From: a virus
Lineage: Duplodnaviria > Caudoviricetes
Virus record (IMG/VR): IMGVR_UViG_2868569063_000004
Coordinates: 58,875 to 122,874 of that record
Length of the DNA: 64,000 bases
Direction: 5' to 3' (one strand)
In this document: positions 18,775-28,182 of the stretch, one piece after another
Position numbering within the stretch: the stretch's first letter is position 1
Layout of the letters: each line of letters starts with the position of its first letter
The notes under the pieces: model-generated
Told to the model about the DNA's origin: nothing
The model's database searches: none
Seen by the model: the letters and a program-made list of their open reading frames with translations, nothing else
Made by a program: the position numbers and the translations under genes

Positions 18775-19001
18775 GACATATTTATGTGAAAACACCAGAT
18801 GGTTTAGGTAAATTAAATTTTTATGATGGATCATTATGGCATTCTCACTACATAGTAGACCATTATAAACATGATTCAAAGTTTTACTCTGGATACTATG
18901 AAGGAAGATATATAACTAACGCATCCTGCTATGGCAAAGAACATATCAAGTTTCTCAGGAAGAGACCGCTGATTGATCTGATCACCAAGAGAAAGGAATG
19001 A
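18765..19001 (+). CDS. Small protein with C-terminal tag (LIDLITKR)
   Basis: Paralog of 18998..19243 (IYV...GKL...Y.V...FYSG..GR.I.N...Y.K..IK.L.K.PL). Confidence 0.75.
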   Translation: MEMRHIYVKTPDGLGKLNFYDGSLWHSHYIVDHYKHDSKFYSGYYEGRYITNASCYGKEHIKFLRKRPLIDLITKRKE

Positions 19002-19243
19002 CTATGCAGAACATATATGTATATAATCGTAAAGATAAAATAGGAAAGCTGATATGGTATAGGGGTATAGTCCCTTACCCTTATGTAGTCACTTATAGTC
19101 ATTCCTACAATAGAATATTTTTATATAGTGGCTCAGTTGATGGTAGAGCTGTTATAAACTGTATGGTTTATAGTAAAGATGAAATCAAGCTCTTACATAA
19201 GAAACCGTTGAGACATTTTATAGAAAAGAGGCAAGGCAAATGA
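18998..19243 (+). CDS. Small protein with C-terminal tag (LRHFIEKR)
   Basis: Paralog of the preceding gene. Confidence 0.75.
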   Translation: MTMQNIYVYNRKDKIGKLIWYRGIVPYPYVVTYSHSYNRIFLYSGSVDGRAVINCMVYSKDEIKLLHKKPLRHFIEKRQGK

Positions 19244-19446
19244 TAGTATACAAAATAAATGTCCTGCAAGAGTTGAAGCACAAAGGATATTCAACTTATG
19301 TCTTGCGGAGAGATAGAATCATGGGAGAAGCTCAGATACAAAAGATTCGGCAGGGTGAACTTGCTAGTAAAGAAACTCTCAATACAATCTGTCGATTATT
19401 GCAGATACAGCCCGGAGACTTGCTTGAATATGTGGAGGAGATATAG
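19240..19446 (+). CDS. Cro/C1-type HTH regulator (YozG-like)
   Basis: TLNTICRLLQIQPGDLLEY. Confidence 0.85.
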   Translation: MIVYKINVLQELKHKGYSTYVLRRDRIMGEAQIQKIRQGELASKETLNTICRLLQIQPGDLLEYVEEI

Positions 19447-19680
19447 ATGTTAGGAGAATACATTAAAGACCCATTTTATGGGTTAGGCAAAGTTATAAAA
19501 TTCAGACCTGGCAGTAGTGAACTTGTGTACTTTTTCAAAGCAAATGATAACCTACATGATGGTGCAATAGAGCCAGGTTCCTGTCCAGACAACCATGGTT
19601 GGTGGTTTGGTTCTGACGACATTAAAAGAATGAAGTACCTTCCTCCGCTAGCATCATTAATAGAGAGGAGGCAACAATGA
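19447..19680 (+). CDS. Small SH3-like protein with C-terminal tag (LASLIERR)
   Basis: YGLGKVI...LVYF.K.N..LH.G......WW family. Confidence 0.75.
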   Translation: MLGEYIKDPFYGLGKVIKFRPGSSELVYFFKANDNLHDGAIEPGSCPDNHGWWFGSDDIKRMKYLPPLASLIERRQQ

Positions 19681-19913
19681 AAATAGGTGATATAGTATGG
19701 CGAAGCAATTCTGGTATGGGAAGAATAATAGATATTAGATCTTCCTCAGCGCCATATCTAGTTTATTTTTATAAAGAAAATAACCGTTTGTATAATGGCA
19801 ACGATAGAGGCCCAGATTGTCGCTATTGGTGGTGCTTCAGAAGTTCACTTACTCTTGTCCGTTCTCTGTCTTTGTGCAAGCTAATAGAAAGGAGAAGAAA
19901 TGCAACATCCTAA
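19677..19913 (+). CDS. Small SH3-like protein with C-terminal tag (LCKLIERR)
   Basis: MKIGDIV...GMGRII...YLVYFYKEN..L.NGN...YWW. Confidence 0.75.
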   Translation: MKIGDIVWRSNSGMGRIIDIRSSSAPYLVYFYKENNRLYNGNDRGPDCRYWWCFRSSLTLVRSLSLCKLIERRRNATS

Positions 19914-20148
19914 AGAATTAAATATAGGTGACATAGTTTATCATAAATATTACGGTATAGGACAGATAGAAGATATTGACAAAGATCTTGGAGAACCATT
20001 CCAATATTTAGTCTATTACTATAAAGAAAACATTTCATTACACAATGGAAATGGTGGCTCAGATTACCACTATTAGTGGAGCTATGCTGAAGACCTGAAA
20101 CTTATTTCCTCTGTCCGTACATTAATAGAAAGGAGGCAACATGGTTGA
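19900..20148 (+). pseudogene. Paralog of 19677..19913 with internal TAG (20074-20076); tag VRTLIERR
   Basis: IGDIV...YGIGQI...YLVYYYKEN..LHNGN..DYHY*W; TAG aligns to the paralog TGG. Confidence 0.75.
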
Positions 20149-20461
20149 TTTAAGGAAGAAGCTCCGGTCTGGAATGATAGCTGTCACACCAGCAGGAAGC
20201 TATCTTGTTCTTACCGATTGCGAGACGGCGAATTATGGCAGTCAAGATTTTTGTATTATTGGACCTGATGGTTTTATGATAGGCAGTAATTACGATGAAA
20301 ATTTGAGCACTATTCGTGGCATTTGCTCTATAAAAGCTCTATATAAGTCAACTGTAAATGGACTTACTTATGAAATGAAATACAAAGATAAAGATTTAAT
20401 TTGGACAAAGGATCCAAAAAATCTTAAAGAATTAATCATATCAAGGAGGTTTTCAAAATGA
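20141..20461 (+). CDS. Small protein with C-terminal tag (LKELIISR)
   Basis: AGGAGG RBS; shared motif. Confidence 0.75.
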   Translation: MVDLRKKLRSGMIAVTPAGSYLVLTDCETANYGSQDFCIIGPDGFMIGSNYDENLSTIRGICSIKALYKSTVNGLTYEMKYKDKDLIWTKDPKNLKELIISRRFSK

Positions 20462-20691
20462 AGACAGCAAAGGAAAGACTCTACAGAGTTGATTATGCCG
20501 AGGAAAAACTCGGTGACACAGTAACTAAGGAGATGATGAATACCAGTGAGTATGAAAAAGGCTACGGAATCATTCAAGCCCTTGAATCATGCGAAACAGA
20601 CGGAGAACTTGACATATTAGATGAAGTTCTGACTGCTTTATGTGGTCATGGTATTGAGTATCTCACCAACTTAGTAGAATGTGACTGCTAA
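20458..20691 (+). CDS. Hypothetical acidic protein
   Basis: AGGAGG RBS. Confidence 0.7.
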   Translation: MKTAKERLYRVDYAEEKLGDTVTKEMMNTSEYEKGYGIIQALESCETDGELDILDEVLTALCGHGIEYLTNLVECDC

Positions 20692-20707
20692 ACTATGAAA
20701 TAAAATT

Positions 20708-20735
20708 AGAGCTGTGAAAACAGCTCTTTTTTATT
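20708..20735 (+). terminator. Intrinsic terminator
   Basis: AGAGCTGT-GAAA-ACAGCTCT-TTTTT. Confidence 0.85.
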
Positions 20736-20762
20736 ATATAAAAAAGAAAAGAGGAAAACAAA

Positions 20763-21605
20763 ATGGAAAACATCGTTTACAACACAGTTATGAGCAACTT
20801 ATTAATCTCTGGTACAAAGGCATGTGCAGTAATTCCAAGGGAATTGATGTCTGTCGATCCAGCTTACCAGCGGCTGGAAACACGAAATCATAGAAAAATT
20901 AAAGCAATGCATGACAATTTTGATCATATGATTATGGATGCATTATTAGTGGTGCCACATCCAGAAGAGTGCACTTTTTCTATTGTAGACGGTTATGGTC
21001 GTTTTATTGCATCAGAAGGTATTTTAGATAAACTCGAATGTGTTGTTATTACTTCAGCCCCATCTGATCCAGATGAGAGAAGACATTTCGAAGCAAGTAT
21101 CTTTACAAGACAGAGCTTGTATACTGAAAAAGTTACTCCGCTGCAGATGCATAAGGCAAATCTTATCTTAGGTGAACCGAATGCTGTAGCGTTGCAGGAA
21201 GTGGTTGATGAATATAATTTAAGCATTGCAGAAGACAAAGGGGTAAGAAAACCAGGAACTATTGGTAGTTACACATCCGCTTACAGGATAATTAAAGCAA
21301 AAGGTAAGATAGCTTATGAAAGTATTATATCTACTTGTTGTAAAGCTGGTTATAACTTATCAGGAGATGGATTATGTGACAAGATAATTAGGAACTTATA
21401 TAAAATTTATTGCTTCTACGGAGATATTGGATTAGTAAAAGTATTGCCTATTATGAGAGGAACTGAGCCAAGTACACTTAAAGCAAAAGGAATAGCTGCT
21501 TATCCAGAAAGAGTTGAATTAAGTCTTGCTCTCTACCTGCAGGACTATCTTGTATCTCTTGGTGAACCAAAACAGTTTAACGAGAAAGGAAAGAAAATTT
21601 CTTAA
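20763..21605 (+). CDS. ParB/Srx-superfamily N-terminal domain protein
   Basis: VDPAYQR...FSIVDGYGR...EASIF motifs. Confidence 0.7.
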   Translation: MENIVYNTVMSNLLISGTKACAVIPRELMSVDPAYQRLETRNHRKIKAMHDNFDHMIMDALLVVPHPEECTFSIVDGYGRFIASEGILDKLECVVITSAPSDPDERRHFEASIFTRQSLYTEKVTPLQMHKANLILGEPNAVALQEVVDEYNLSIAEDKGVRKPGTIGSYTSAYRIIKAKGKIAYESIISTCCKAGYNLSGDGLCDKIIRNLYKIYCFYGDIGLVKVLPIMRGTEPSTLKAKGIAAYPERVELSLALYLQDYLVSLGEPKQFNEKGKKIS

Positions 21606-21652
21606 ACAAGTTTGTAAAAAGTATTGACAAGTTTTACAAACTGGTTTATAAT
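21604..21652 (+). promoter_or_regulatory. Consensus sigma-A promoter with two inverted operator boxes
   Basis: AAACAAGTTTGTAAAA(21604-21619), TTGACA(21624), inverted TTTTACAAACTGGTTT(21632-21647), TATAAT(21647). Confidence 0.9.
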
Positions 21653-21681
21653 GCAGTTACAGTTAAGAAAGGAGAAAACAA

Positions 21682-22341
21682 ATGGCAACACTTATTAGTT
21701 TATATAAAGATAACAGAATCACTTCATCAGAGGTAGAATCTAAGGACATTGATATTGTCCTTGGATTCCTCTTCAAAAACTATGTCTTAGGAGAAGACAT
21801 CACAGAGAACTTTGACTCAAAGTTTCTCTACATTGAGGACAGCAAGTTTAAAATGAAACCTCTAAACAAGAAAATAAAAACATTTTCGCAAGAAAAAGAG
21901 GATTCTGTAGAGGTTCTGATTCAGTTTGAGGAGCTCGCTAAGAGCTACGAAGCAGCTTATATCTTTGACCAGTATGAGGTATTCAAGTTTGAAAACGGTG
22001 ACTATAAAGATCTGGATGAGAGAGATTATAAACTCTCCATTTGTAAGCACTGCGGAAAGATTATTTCCGGATCTTTAGTCAATGATTATTGTCCAGAATG
22101 CTTCGTAACCTATGGAGTACAGGAAGTGTTTGAACAGATCCAGTCAGACGACAAAGAGCTGTATACAGAGTACGAGACAGTATCAAAAGTAATGAATACT
22201 GTTGAAGCATTCTACGAAAAAATCAAAGACAAGGGAACTTTAGCTGTACAGAGAGCAAGAGAAATCTCTGAACAGTACTTAGGAAAAGAGCAGATTCCTG
22301 AGGATCTCTATGAAACAATTTTAGGAGGATTTGTAGCATGA
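21682..22341 (+). CDS. Hypothetical protein with zinc finger
   Basis: CKHC...CPEC. Confidence 0.75.
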   Translation: MATLISLYKDNRITSSEVESKDIDIVLGFLFKNYVLGEDITENFDSKFLYIEDSKFKMKPLNKKIKTFSQEKEDSVEVLIQFEELAKSYEAAYIFDQYEVFKFENGDYKDLDERDYKLSICKHCGKIISGSLVNDYCPECFVTYGVQEVFEQIQSDDKELYTEYETVSKVMNTVEAFYEKIKDKGTLAVQRAREISEQYLGKEQIPEDLYETILGGFVA

Positions 22342-23867
22342 ATAAAGAAACAATGAAACAGGGTATGATTAAGGTTCTTAATATGTATGATATCCCTTGG
22401 GGTAATTCAGCCATTGACAAAATTATCAACACATGGGCAGACAACAAAACCCCTTTGATTGAGTTATTAAGACATCATCCTAACTGGAATGATGAAAAAT
22501 GCTATGTAGCATTTGATCAGAATATCAAGGGACAGCCAGACGAGGAGAAAATTTATAATTTCATTAATTGGATGATTATCAAGGGAAGACGCACAGATGC
22601 TTTGTTTGCACTGAGAGATTACAGAGAACAGCTTTTGGACGAACGAACAGCTTCTTTAATTAAAGAATGCTATCCTGATATTAAAGGTATTTCAGCAGGT
22701 CAGAAAACCTCAAGAGCAGTGAAGAAAATCTGTACACTTATAGGTATTACTTCTAATACCTATTCAGATTTTGAAAAGAGGTATGCCAAATATTCAGATG
22801 CAATCAATCCTCTTGACGTTGTTCGGCACACTATCCTGTCAGTTAATCCAGTTGATTATCTATTGTCCTCCAATGGAAACAGCTGGTCTTCTTGCCACAC
22901 ACTTGATAAAAACAATCCTAATGGGTTCTCAGGTTGTCACTGTTCCGGAACTATGAGTTATCTCCTTGATGGAACTACAATGGTTTACTATCAGGTAGAT
23001 AAAGAGTACGACGGAAATGACTTAGAGTTCGAGCCGAAAATCATCCGTCAGTTATTCCATTATAAAGATGGAATCCTTGTACAGGGAAGACTCTACCCTC
23101 AATGTAACGATGGCAAAAACTCACTGTATACTCCAATTAGAGCACAGCTTCAGAAAATCATCGCTGATTGTTTGGTGGCTCCTAACCTTTGGAGAAAGAA
23201 AGGCGGCACCTCTGCTTGTTGCTCAGTTATTAATTCTGAAGGTACCCACTACAGAGATTATGAGTGCCAGAGTGAGTGCTCAGTAAGTAAGATTGTCAAA
23301 ATGATTCCCAAGGGAAGAGTAGATAATAGGCATATGACAGTTGGACATGATATCTACTGTGTAAAATGTGGGGATTGGCATGATATGGAAAGCACTCTTC
23401 TTTGTGAGGATTGTCATGATAACTATGGTGACAGTGGATCTCATAGATGTTGTGATTGCGGTGATCGTTATGACGAAGATGAGATGTATCGTATCAACGG
23501 AGAATGGTATTGTAGTGGTTGTTCCACTTATTGTGATCACTGCGGTAAAAGAGTACCCAATTCGAGTATTCATTATTACGGGGAGTTAGATGAGGACATC
23601 TGTGATGAATGTATCTCTGAAGATTTTTCCACTTGTGACTGTTGTGGAAAGTTAACTAACAATGATGATTTGACTTATATTGAATCTACAGATGAAAATG
23701 TTTGTGGCAGATGCTTAGAGAACAAATATGCATATGTAGATACTGAAGATGAGTATTATCCCATTGAAAAAGTAAATACTTGCGTATGTGGACAAACTTA
23801 CTTAATTGAAGAAGGTGACAAAGGACTTTGTCCAGATTGTGTAGAAAAGGAGACCGGAGATGAGTAA
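22338..23867 (+). CDS. Phage protein with C-terminal CxxC repeat array
   Basis: LSVNPVDYL.SS.GNSWSSCH, GRLYP, then about ten CxxC motifs. Confidence 0.8.
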   Translation: MNKETMKQGMIKVLNMYDIPWGNSAIDKIINTWADNKTPLIELLRHHPNWNDEKCYVAFDQNIKGQPDEEKIYNFINWMIIKGRRTDALFALRDYREQLLDERTASLIKECYPDIKGISAGQKTSRAVKKICTLIGITSNTYSDFEKRYAKYSDAINPLDVVRHTILSVNPVDYLLSSNGNSWSSCHTLDKNNPNGFSGCHCSGTMSYLLDGTTMVYYQVDKEYDGNDLEFEPKIIRQLFHYKDGILVQGRLYPQCNDGKNSLYTPIRAQLQKIIADCLVAPNLWRKKGGTSACCSVINSEGTHYRDYECQSECSVSKIVKMIPKGRVDNRHMTVGHDIYCVKCGDWHDMESTLLCEDCHDNYGDSGSHRCCDCGDRYDEDEMYRINGEWYCSGCSTYCDHCGKRVPNSSIHYYGELDEDICDECISEDFSTCDCCGKLTNNDDLTYIESTDENVCGRCLENKYAYVDTEDEYYPIEKVNTCVCGQTYLIEEGDKGLCPDCVEKETGDE

Positions 23868-24831
23868 AAATAAATATAAAATTACAGAATTAGAAGAGAT
23901 TTTGAGAATGAAACAAATGACTTTAAAGAGTCACCTGGAAGCCAAGTTGGAAGCAGCAGGTTATGAGCCTAAATCAGAAGATGGATTCCTCTATGCTAAG
24001 GGAACTTTCCCAGTACTCTTAGTTGCTCATATGGATACAGTACATGAAGAATGTGTCCAGAAAATCAAATACACTGGAGCAATCATGTCTTCTCCTCAAG
24101 GGATTGGGGGAGATGACCGGTGTGGCATCTACGCTATTCTGCAAATTATTAAAGAGTATCATTGTTCTGTATTGTTTACAGAGGATGAAGAGAAAGGGTG
24201 CGTAGGAGCTGAGAAGTTTGCTGTAAGTGACTATATAGTAAACAATGATATAAATTATATCATTGAAATTGATAGAAGAGGGACCAATGACTGTGTATTC
24301 TACTCTTGTGACAATCCAGATTTTGAAGAGTTCATAGAGTCTACTGGATATTTCAAAACAGCATGGGGTTCTGTGAGTGATATATCAACAATTGCTCCGG
24401 CACTCGGTGTAGCAGCAGTCAATTTATCTTCTGGTTATTTCGACGAACACACTACAAGAGAAACAATCAATGTAGAGGCATTACTTTCTACAATTGAAGA
24501 AGCGAAAAAGATTCTTGCTTTACCATGCGAGGAACCATTTGAGTACATTGAAGCTGCCTATGGTGGTTATGGAAACTGGTGGAGAGATTATGATGAAGAA
24601 GCATCACCTATTAGCACTGATTACACAACAGCTTATACAGATGATTGTACTTATATATTCTCGAAAGAGGAGAAGGCAAAGAAATTCTTCCATATTTATC
24701 TTCAGACTTACAGCGGAAATGAAATCTGTTGTGAAATCCTCGCAATAAATGAAATGGAAGCAATTGGTATGGCTTTAAGTCATTATCAGTATTATTCTGC
24801 TTGTGACATTATTGATATAAAATCACAGTAA
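23860..24831 (+). CDS. M28/M20-clan zinc peptidase
   Basis: AHMDTV, GGDDRCG, DEEKG, IDRRG, EHT. Confidence 0.85.
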   Translation: MSKNKYKITELEEILRMKQMTLKSHLEAKLEAAGYEPKSEDGFLYAKGTFPVLLVAHMDTVHEECVQKIKYTGAIMSSPQGIGGDDRCGIYAILQIIKEYHCSVLFTEDEEKGCVGAEKFAVSDYIVNNDINYIIEIDRRGTNDCVFYSCDNPDFEEFIESTGYFKTAWGSVSDISTIAPALGVAAVNLSSGYFDEHTTRETINVEALLSTIEEAKKILALPCEEPFEYIEAAYGGYGNWWRDYDEEASPISTDYTTAYTDDCTYIFSKEEKAKKFFHIYLQTYSGNEICCEILAINEMEAIGMALSHYQYYSACDIIDIKSQ

Positions 24832-24892
24832 AGGAGGAATGTTTATGCCAAAGTATATGATTGACCTCTAGCCCACTAAGAGGTTTTCATAT

Positions 24893-24930
24893 AAATTACA
24901 ACTGAATATAGAAAAATTACAACTGAATAT
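24893..24930. repeat. 17-bp direct repeat AAATTACAACTGAATAT x2 (21-bp period)
   Basis: Identical copies at 24893 and 24914. Confidence 0.75.
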
Positions 24931-24985
24931 GGGTAAAGATTAAAACAAACAACAAAAAACAAATTTCAAACAAGAATAGGAGATT

Positions 24986-25510
24986 ATGATTATGATGAAC
25001 ACAACTATTATTACAAAAATTATGGCAGCACTTGGACAGGACGAGCTTAAAGAACTCATCGGAGCACTTCAGGGAATGGTTGATGCACCAGAGACAGTAC
25101 AGAAACATTGGGAGCCAACAGAAGGTGAGCAGTACTTCTATCTGTGGGGTACAGGAAAGAAAGACGGTGGAGTATTCACAGCAGAGAACCAGAAAGATGT
25201 GATGCGTTTAGCAGTAGGCAACTGCTTCAAGACTGAGGAAGAGAGAGATGCAGCCGCTGAGTATCTGATGATTGTAGCAGAGCTGAAACGCTTCGCCATT
25301 GATCACAACGATGAGATTGACTGGGACGATCACTCTCAGAGAAAATACAAACTCTGCTGGAACAGAGAGACAGAGAAAGTTGATTCCACATGGAGCAGAA
25401 GGAAAATCACAGATGGTATTTACTTCAGCTCTCATGAGGTAGCAATGGCTGCTGTCGAAGCTGTAGGAGAGGATAGAATCAAAAAGTTCTATCTGCCAGA
25501 TGCTGAGTAA
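24986..25510 (+). CDS. Hypothetical phage protein
   Basis: GNCFKTEEE...IDW.D...IYFSS.E.A..A. Confidence 0.8.
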   Translation: MIMMNTTIITKIMAALGQDELKELIGALQGMVDAPETVQKHWEPTEGEQYFYLWGTGKKDGGVFTAENQKDVMRLAVGNCFKTEEERDAAAEYLMIVAELKRFAIDHNDEIDWDDHSQRKYKLCWNRETEKVDSTWSRRKITDGIYFSSHEVAMAAVEAVGEDRIKKFYLPDAE

Positions 25511-25571
25511 ACAGTAAAATAAACAGTTCTCTTGGGGTTCGACTCCCCAAGAGAATTATCAAGGAGCTATT

Positions 25572-25727
25572 ATGGAATTGGATAAGTTATTAAAAAAGAG
25601 AAGTATAATAAGCTGCACAATCAAGGACGGGATTTGTATTGTACAGTATGCTTCAAAGGAAATGAAACTATTAGACATATCAGGTATGAGCATTGCAGAA
25701 GTACTTGATTTTATATTGGAGGAATAA
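25572..25727 (+). CDS. Small hypothetical protein (51 aa, not in ORF track)
   Basis: AAGGAG RBS; ends 1 nt before the next ATG. Confidence 0.6.
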   Translation: MELDKLLKKRSIISCTIKDGICIVQYASKEMKLLDISGMSIAEVLDFILEE

Positions 25728-25728
25728 C

Positions 25729-25977
25729 ATGAAAGTTGGAGATAAAGTAATCGTTAATCCTAGACTGCCTAAATTGTGTGAAGCCATATGGGGGATCTCC
25801 CTGGAGTTAGTTAAAGATAGAATTATGACTATAAAGAGTATAGGTAATGATGATGGCACATCTTATTGCTATGTAGAGGAAGAAACATATATATTTCCTT
25901 GTAGTATATTTATTCCTGTGGAAGATACTCTATTCTTAGCAATTCGCAAAAGGAGACAGTATGGGAAAAGGAGATAA
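25729..25977 (+). CDS. KVGD-type SH3/KOW-like protein with C-terminal tag (LFLAIRKR)
   Basis: MKVGDKVIV; GGAGG RBS. Confidence 0.78.
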   Translation: MKVGDKVIVNPRLPKLCEAIWGISLELVKDRIMTIKSIGNDDGTSYCYVEEETYIFPCSIFIPVEDTLFLAIRKRRQYGKRR

Positions 25978-26206
25978 AGTAATTTTTAGATCTAATACTC
26001 CTCGTATTCTATGGGGCGTAGATATAAATTATTTATTAGGAAATATATGTACCATAAAATCAATTATAGAACTAACTTCTAAAACTTTTGAAAGAAAAGC
26101 TTATGAGTTAGAAGAAGCTAGTAATTATTGGTTTCCAGTAGAGGAATTCATTCCTTACAAAGGACTAATTGCACTAATTGATAAGAGGAGGAAACATGAA
26201 ATATAA
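25961..26206 (+). CDS. KVGD-type protein with C-terminal tag (LIALIDKR)
   Basis: KGDKVIF...WGV; paralog of the previous gene. Confidence 0.78.
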   Translation: MGKGDKVIFRSNTPRILWGVDINYLLGNICTIKSIIELTSKTFERKAYELEEASNYWFPVEEFIPYKGLIALIDKRRKHEI

Positions 26207-26483
26207 AGTTGGGGATAGAGTTATAGTTCGGAAAGATTTAGTTGGCGGATTGGAATATCCTTATTCGAATCCGTTATGCGGAAAGTTATATTTTGCTTCA
26301 GCAATGGAAAAATTTCGTGGGGAAATGTATGAAGTAATAACAGTTTCAGGTGAGTATGATTATGGTTGTGAAACTTATGAATTATCTCTGGGAGAAGAGG
26401 CATTCAGATGGCTGTTCAACGACGCAATGTTGATGTCTGCTAGTGGGTTAAGGAGCTTGATATGCAAGAGAAATATAAAATAG
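26196..26483 (+). CDS. KVGD-type protein with C-terminal tag (LRSLICKR)
   Basis: MKYKVGDRVIVRKDL...M.KF.G...W.F.D.ML. Confidence 0.8.
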   Translation: MKYKVGDRVIVRKDLVGGLEYPYSNPLCGKLYFASAMEKFRGEMYEVITVSGEYDYGCETYELSLGEEAFRWLFNDAMLMSASGLRSLICKRNIK

Positions 26484-26755
26484 GAGACATAGTAAGAGTT
26501 AGAAGTAATTTGAAAGGTAATACAAGATATTATTATGATGGTAGTGATAATGAATATTTGTTTTTTAACATTGCCATGCAAAAATTCTGTGGCCATGCAT
26601 ATAAAATCATAGATAAAGTTTCATCATTTTATCCTGGCTATGTTAACTATAGACTAGCACTAGGAGATGAAACATGCGAGTGGGTTTTCAGTGACATAAT
26701 GTTAGAACCTGTTCAGTGTTTAGGGGGACTTATATGCAAGAGAAAAAAGAATTAA
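26462..26755 (+). CDS. KVGD-type protein with C-terminal tag (LGGLICKR)
   Basis: YKIGDIVRVR...MQKFCG...WVFSDIML. Confidence 0.8.
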   Translation: MQEKYKIGDIVRVRSNLKGNTRYYYDGSDNEYLFFNIAMQKFCGHAYKIIDKVSSFYPGYVNYRLALGDETCEWVFSDIMLEPVQCLGGLICKRKKN

Positions 26756-26967
26756 AAGTTGGAGATTGGGTTCGTGTAAAACGTAACCTAGCAGTTCATG
26801 AGATAGGGGTGAAGTATCTCGGAAAAGTTTATAGAATCAATAGAATAAGTTATACAGGTTACTATCTATCTGGTACTCCAGAAGGATACTGGTACAGATC
26901 ATCACTTATTCCAGTAGGAAATTTAAGTAGACTTGTAGAAATTAGAAAGGAAAATCATGAGATATAA
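26734..26967 (+). CDS. KVGD-type protein with C-terminal tag (LSRLVEIR)
   Basis: ATG 26734 after AGGGGG; LKVGDWVRV. Confidence 0.75.
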   Translation: MQEKKELKVGDWVRVKRNLAVHEIGVKYLGKVYRINRISYTGYYLSGTPEGYWYRSSLIPVGNLSRLVEIRKENHEI

Positions 26968-27232
26968 AGTCGGAGACAGAGTAGTGATTAGAAAAAATTT
27001 AGTTAGCGGGTGGTATTACCATTATGAAAATTCAATGGGAAGATTATTTTTTAACAGCCACATGTCTAAGCTTTGTGGGAAAGTTTGTGTAATAACTAAA
27101 ATTACAGATCCTGAATTGGATGAATATTTTTTGTTAATAGGTAATGAAGAAGTAGAGTGGTATTTTAACAACGCAATGTTAATGCCAATAAAAGGTTTAA
27201 AACGTTTGATATTGTTAAGGGAGGTGATTTGA
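26957..27232 (+). CDS. KVGD-type protein with C-terminal tag (LKRLILLR)
   Basis: YKVGDRVVIRKNL...MSKLCG...WYFNNAML. Confidence 0.8.
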   Translation: MRYKVGDRVVIRKNLVSGWYYHYENSMGRLFFNSHMSKLCGKVCVITKITDPELDEYFLLIGNEEVEWYFNNAMLMPIKGLKRLILLREVI

Positions 27233-27372
27233 TGAAGATATTTACTCTTCAACAAGATATTCATGGGAGATGGTTCGGCTACTGTAAGGAGACAAAAGAA
27301 TATACACCAAGCTTCATCAAATGCAAGAACTTGAAGAAAATGCTTATCTGGAAAGGTTGGGGGTGGAAATGA
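27232..27372 (+). CDS. Small hypothetical protein (46 aa, not in ORF track)
   Basis: GGAGGTG RBS; MKIFTLQQDIHGRWFG...LKKMLIWKGWGWK. Confidence 0.6.
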   Translation: MKIFTLQQDIHGRWFGYCKETKEYTPSFIKCKNLKKMLIWKGWGWK

Positions 27373-27647
27373 TTGAACTTAGAGACTGTATTGTGGGAGT
27401 TAAAGATGAAAAAGAATATGAAAAAGTAATTCAGATTGCGAAAGAACAAGGATGTGAGTGGAATTCTGGAGACTCTTTAGATTATATCTACTGTACATTT
27501 CCAACAAGATTGTTTTTTGATAAAAGAGGAAGGGTCACATTTGGGGGATATCATGAAAAATATTGTGACTATCATTGTAAAAATTTGATGAGTAGATTAC
27601 AAGAATTGATAATTATAAGACAGAAGGGAAAGTTATGGTTGATCTGA
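27369..27647 (+). CDS. FPTRL-family small protein with C-terminal tag (LQELIIIR)
   Basis: M..LR.C.V.V....EY......A..QG..W.SG..L....C.FPTRL. Confidence 0.78.
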   Translation: MIELRDCIVGVKDEKEYEKVIQIAKEQGCEWNSGDSLDYIYCTFPTRLFFDKRGRVTFGGYHEKYCDYHCKNLMSRLQELIIIRQKGKLWLI

Positions 27648-27906
27648 GAGATAGTACAGTATTGGTTAACAATGTAGAAGAATATATAGCTGTGGCTAAA
27701 ATTGCTAAGAAACAAGGCTTTAGATGGGTGAGTGGGGCCCCCCTTTAAATAGAGTCCTTTGTGAGTTTCCAACGAGATTAGAATTTAGTAGGAGATATGA
27801 AACATATTGGGGTTCTAGCCGTGGCAGATGTGCACGAGATTATCCTAAATGCATGGCTCTAGTTGGAGGATTGCGGAGACTCATAATGGTCAGAAAGGAA
27901 ACGTAA
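27635..27906 (+). pseudogene. FPTRL-family paralog frameshifted at a G4C6 tract; tag LRRLIMVR
   Basis: MVDLRDSTVLVNN...QGFRWVSGAP then stop; removing one C at 27738-27743 gives LNRVLCEFPTRL. Confidence 0.78.
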
Positions 27907-28182
27907 ATGATAGATTTGGAATGTTGTACTGTTTTGGTGAATAATAAAGCAGAATATATAGCGTTAATCAAAGAAGCTCAAAAGCAAGGTTTCACATGGG
28001 CATCTGGGTATGATTTAACTAATATATTTTGTGATTTCCCAACAAGATTACGCTTTAATGGAGAGTGTAAAGTATATTATAATTCTTCCGCCTATTATTA
28101 TAATCGTGATTACAAGTGCAAGGAAATAGTTGGTGCATTAAGAAATATGATATTGAAAAGAAAAGAGGGACAACTATGTTAA
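27907..28182 (+). CDS. FPTRL-family small protein with C-terminal tag (LRNMILKR)
   Basis: Third tandem paralog. Confidence 0.78.
   Translation: MIDLECCTVLVNNKAEYIALIKEAQKQGFTWASGYDLTNIFCDFPTRLRFNGECKVYYNSSAYYYNRDYKCKEIVGALRNMILKRKEGQLC

Noticed and set aside
19900-20148. Genome-wide TAG recoding
   Set aside because: Several genes end cleanly at TAG (16735, 17863, 19446, 30206, 47251), long genes are not fragmented, and no CUA tRNA is present.
25527-25556. tRNA gene at CTTGGGG-TTCGACT-CCCCAAG
   Set aside because: Only a T-loop-like hairpin; no D or anticodon arm.
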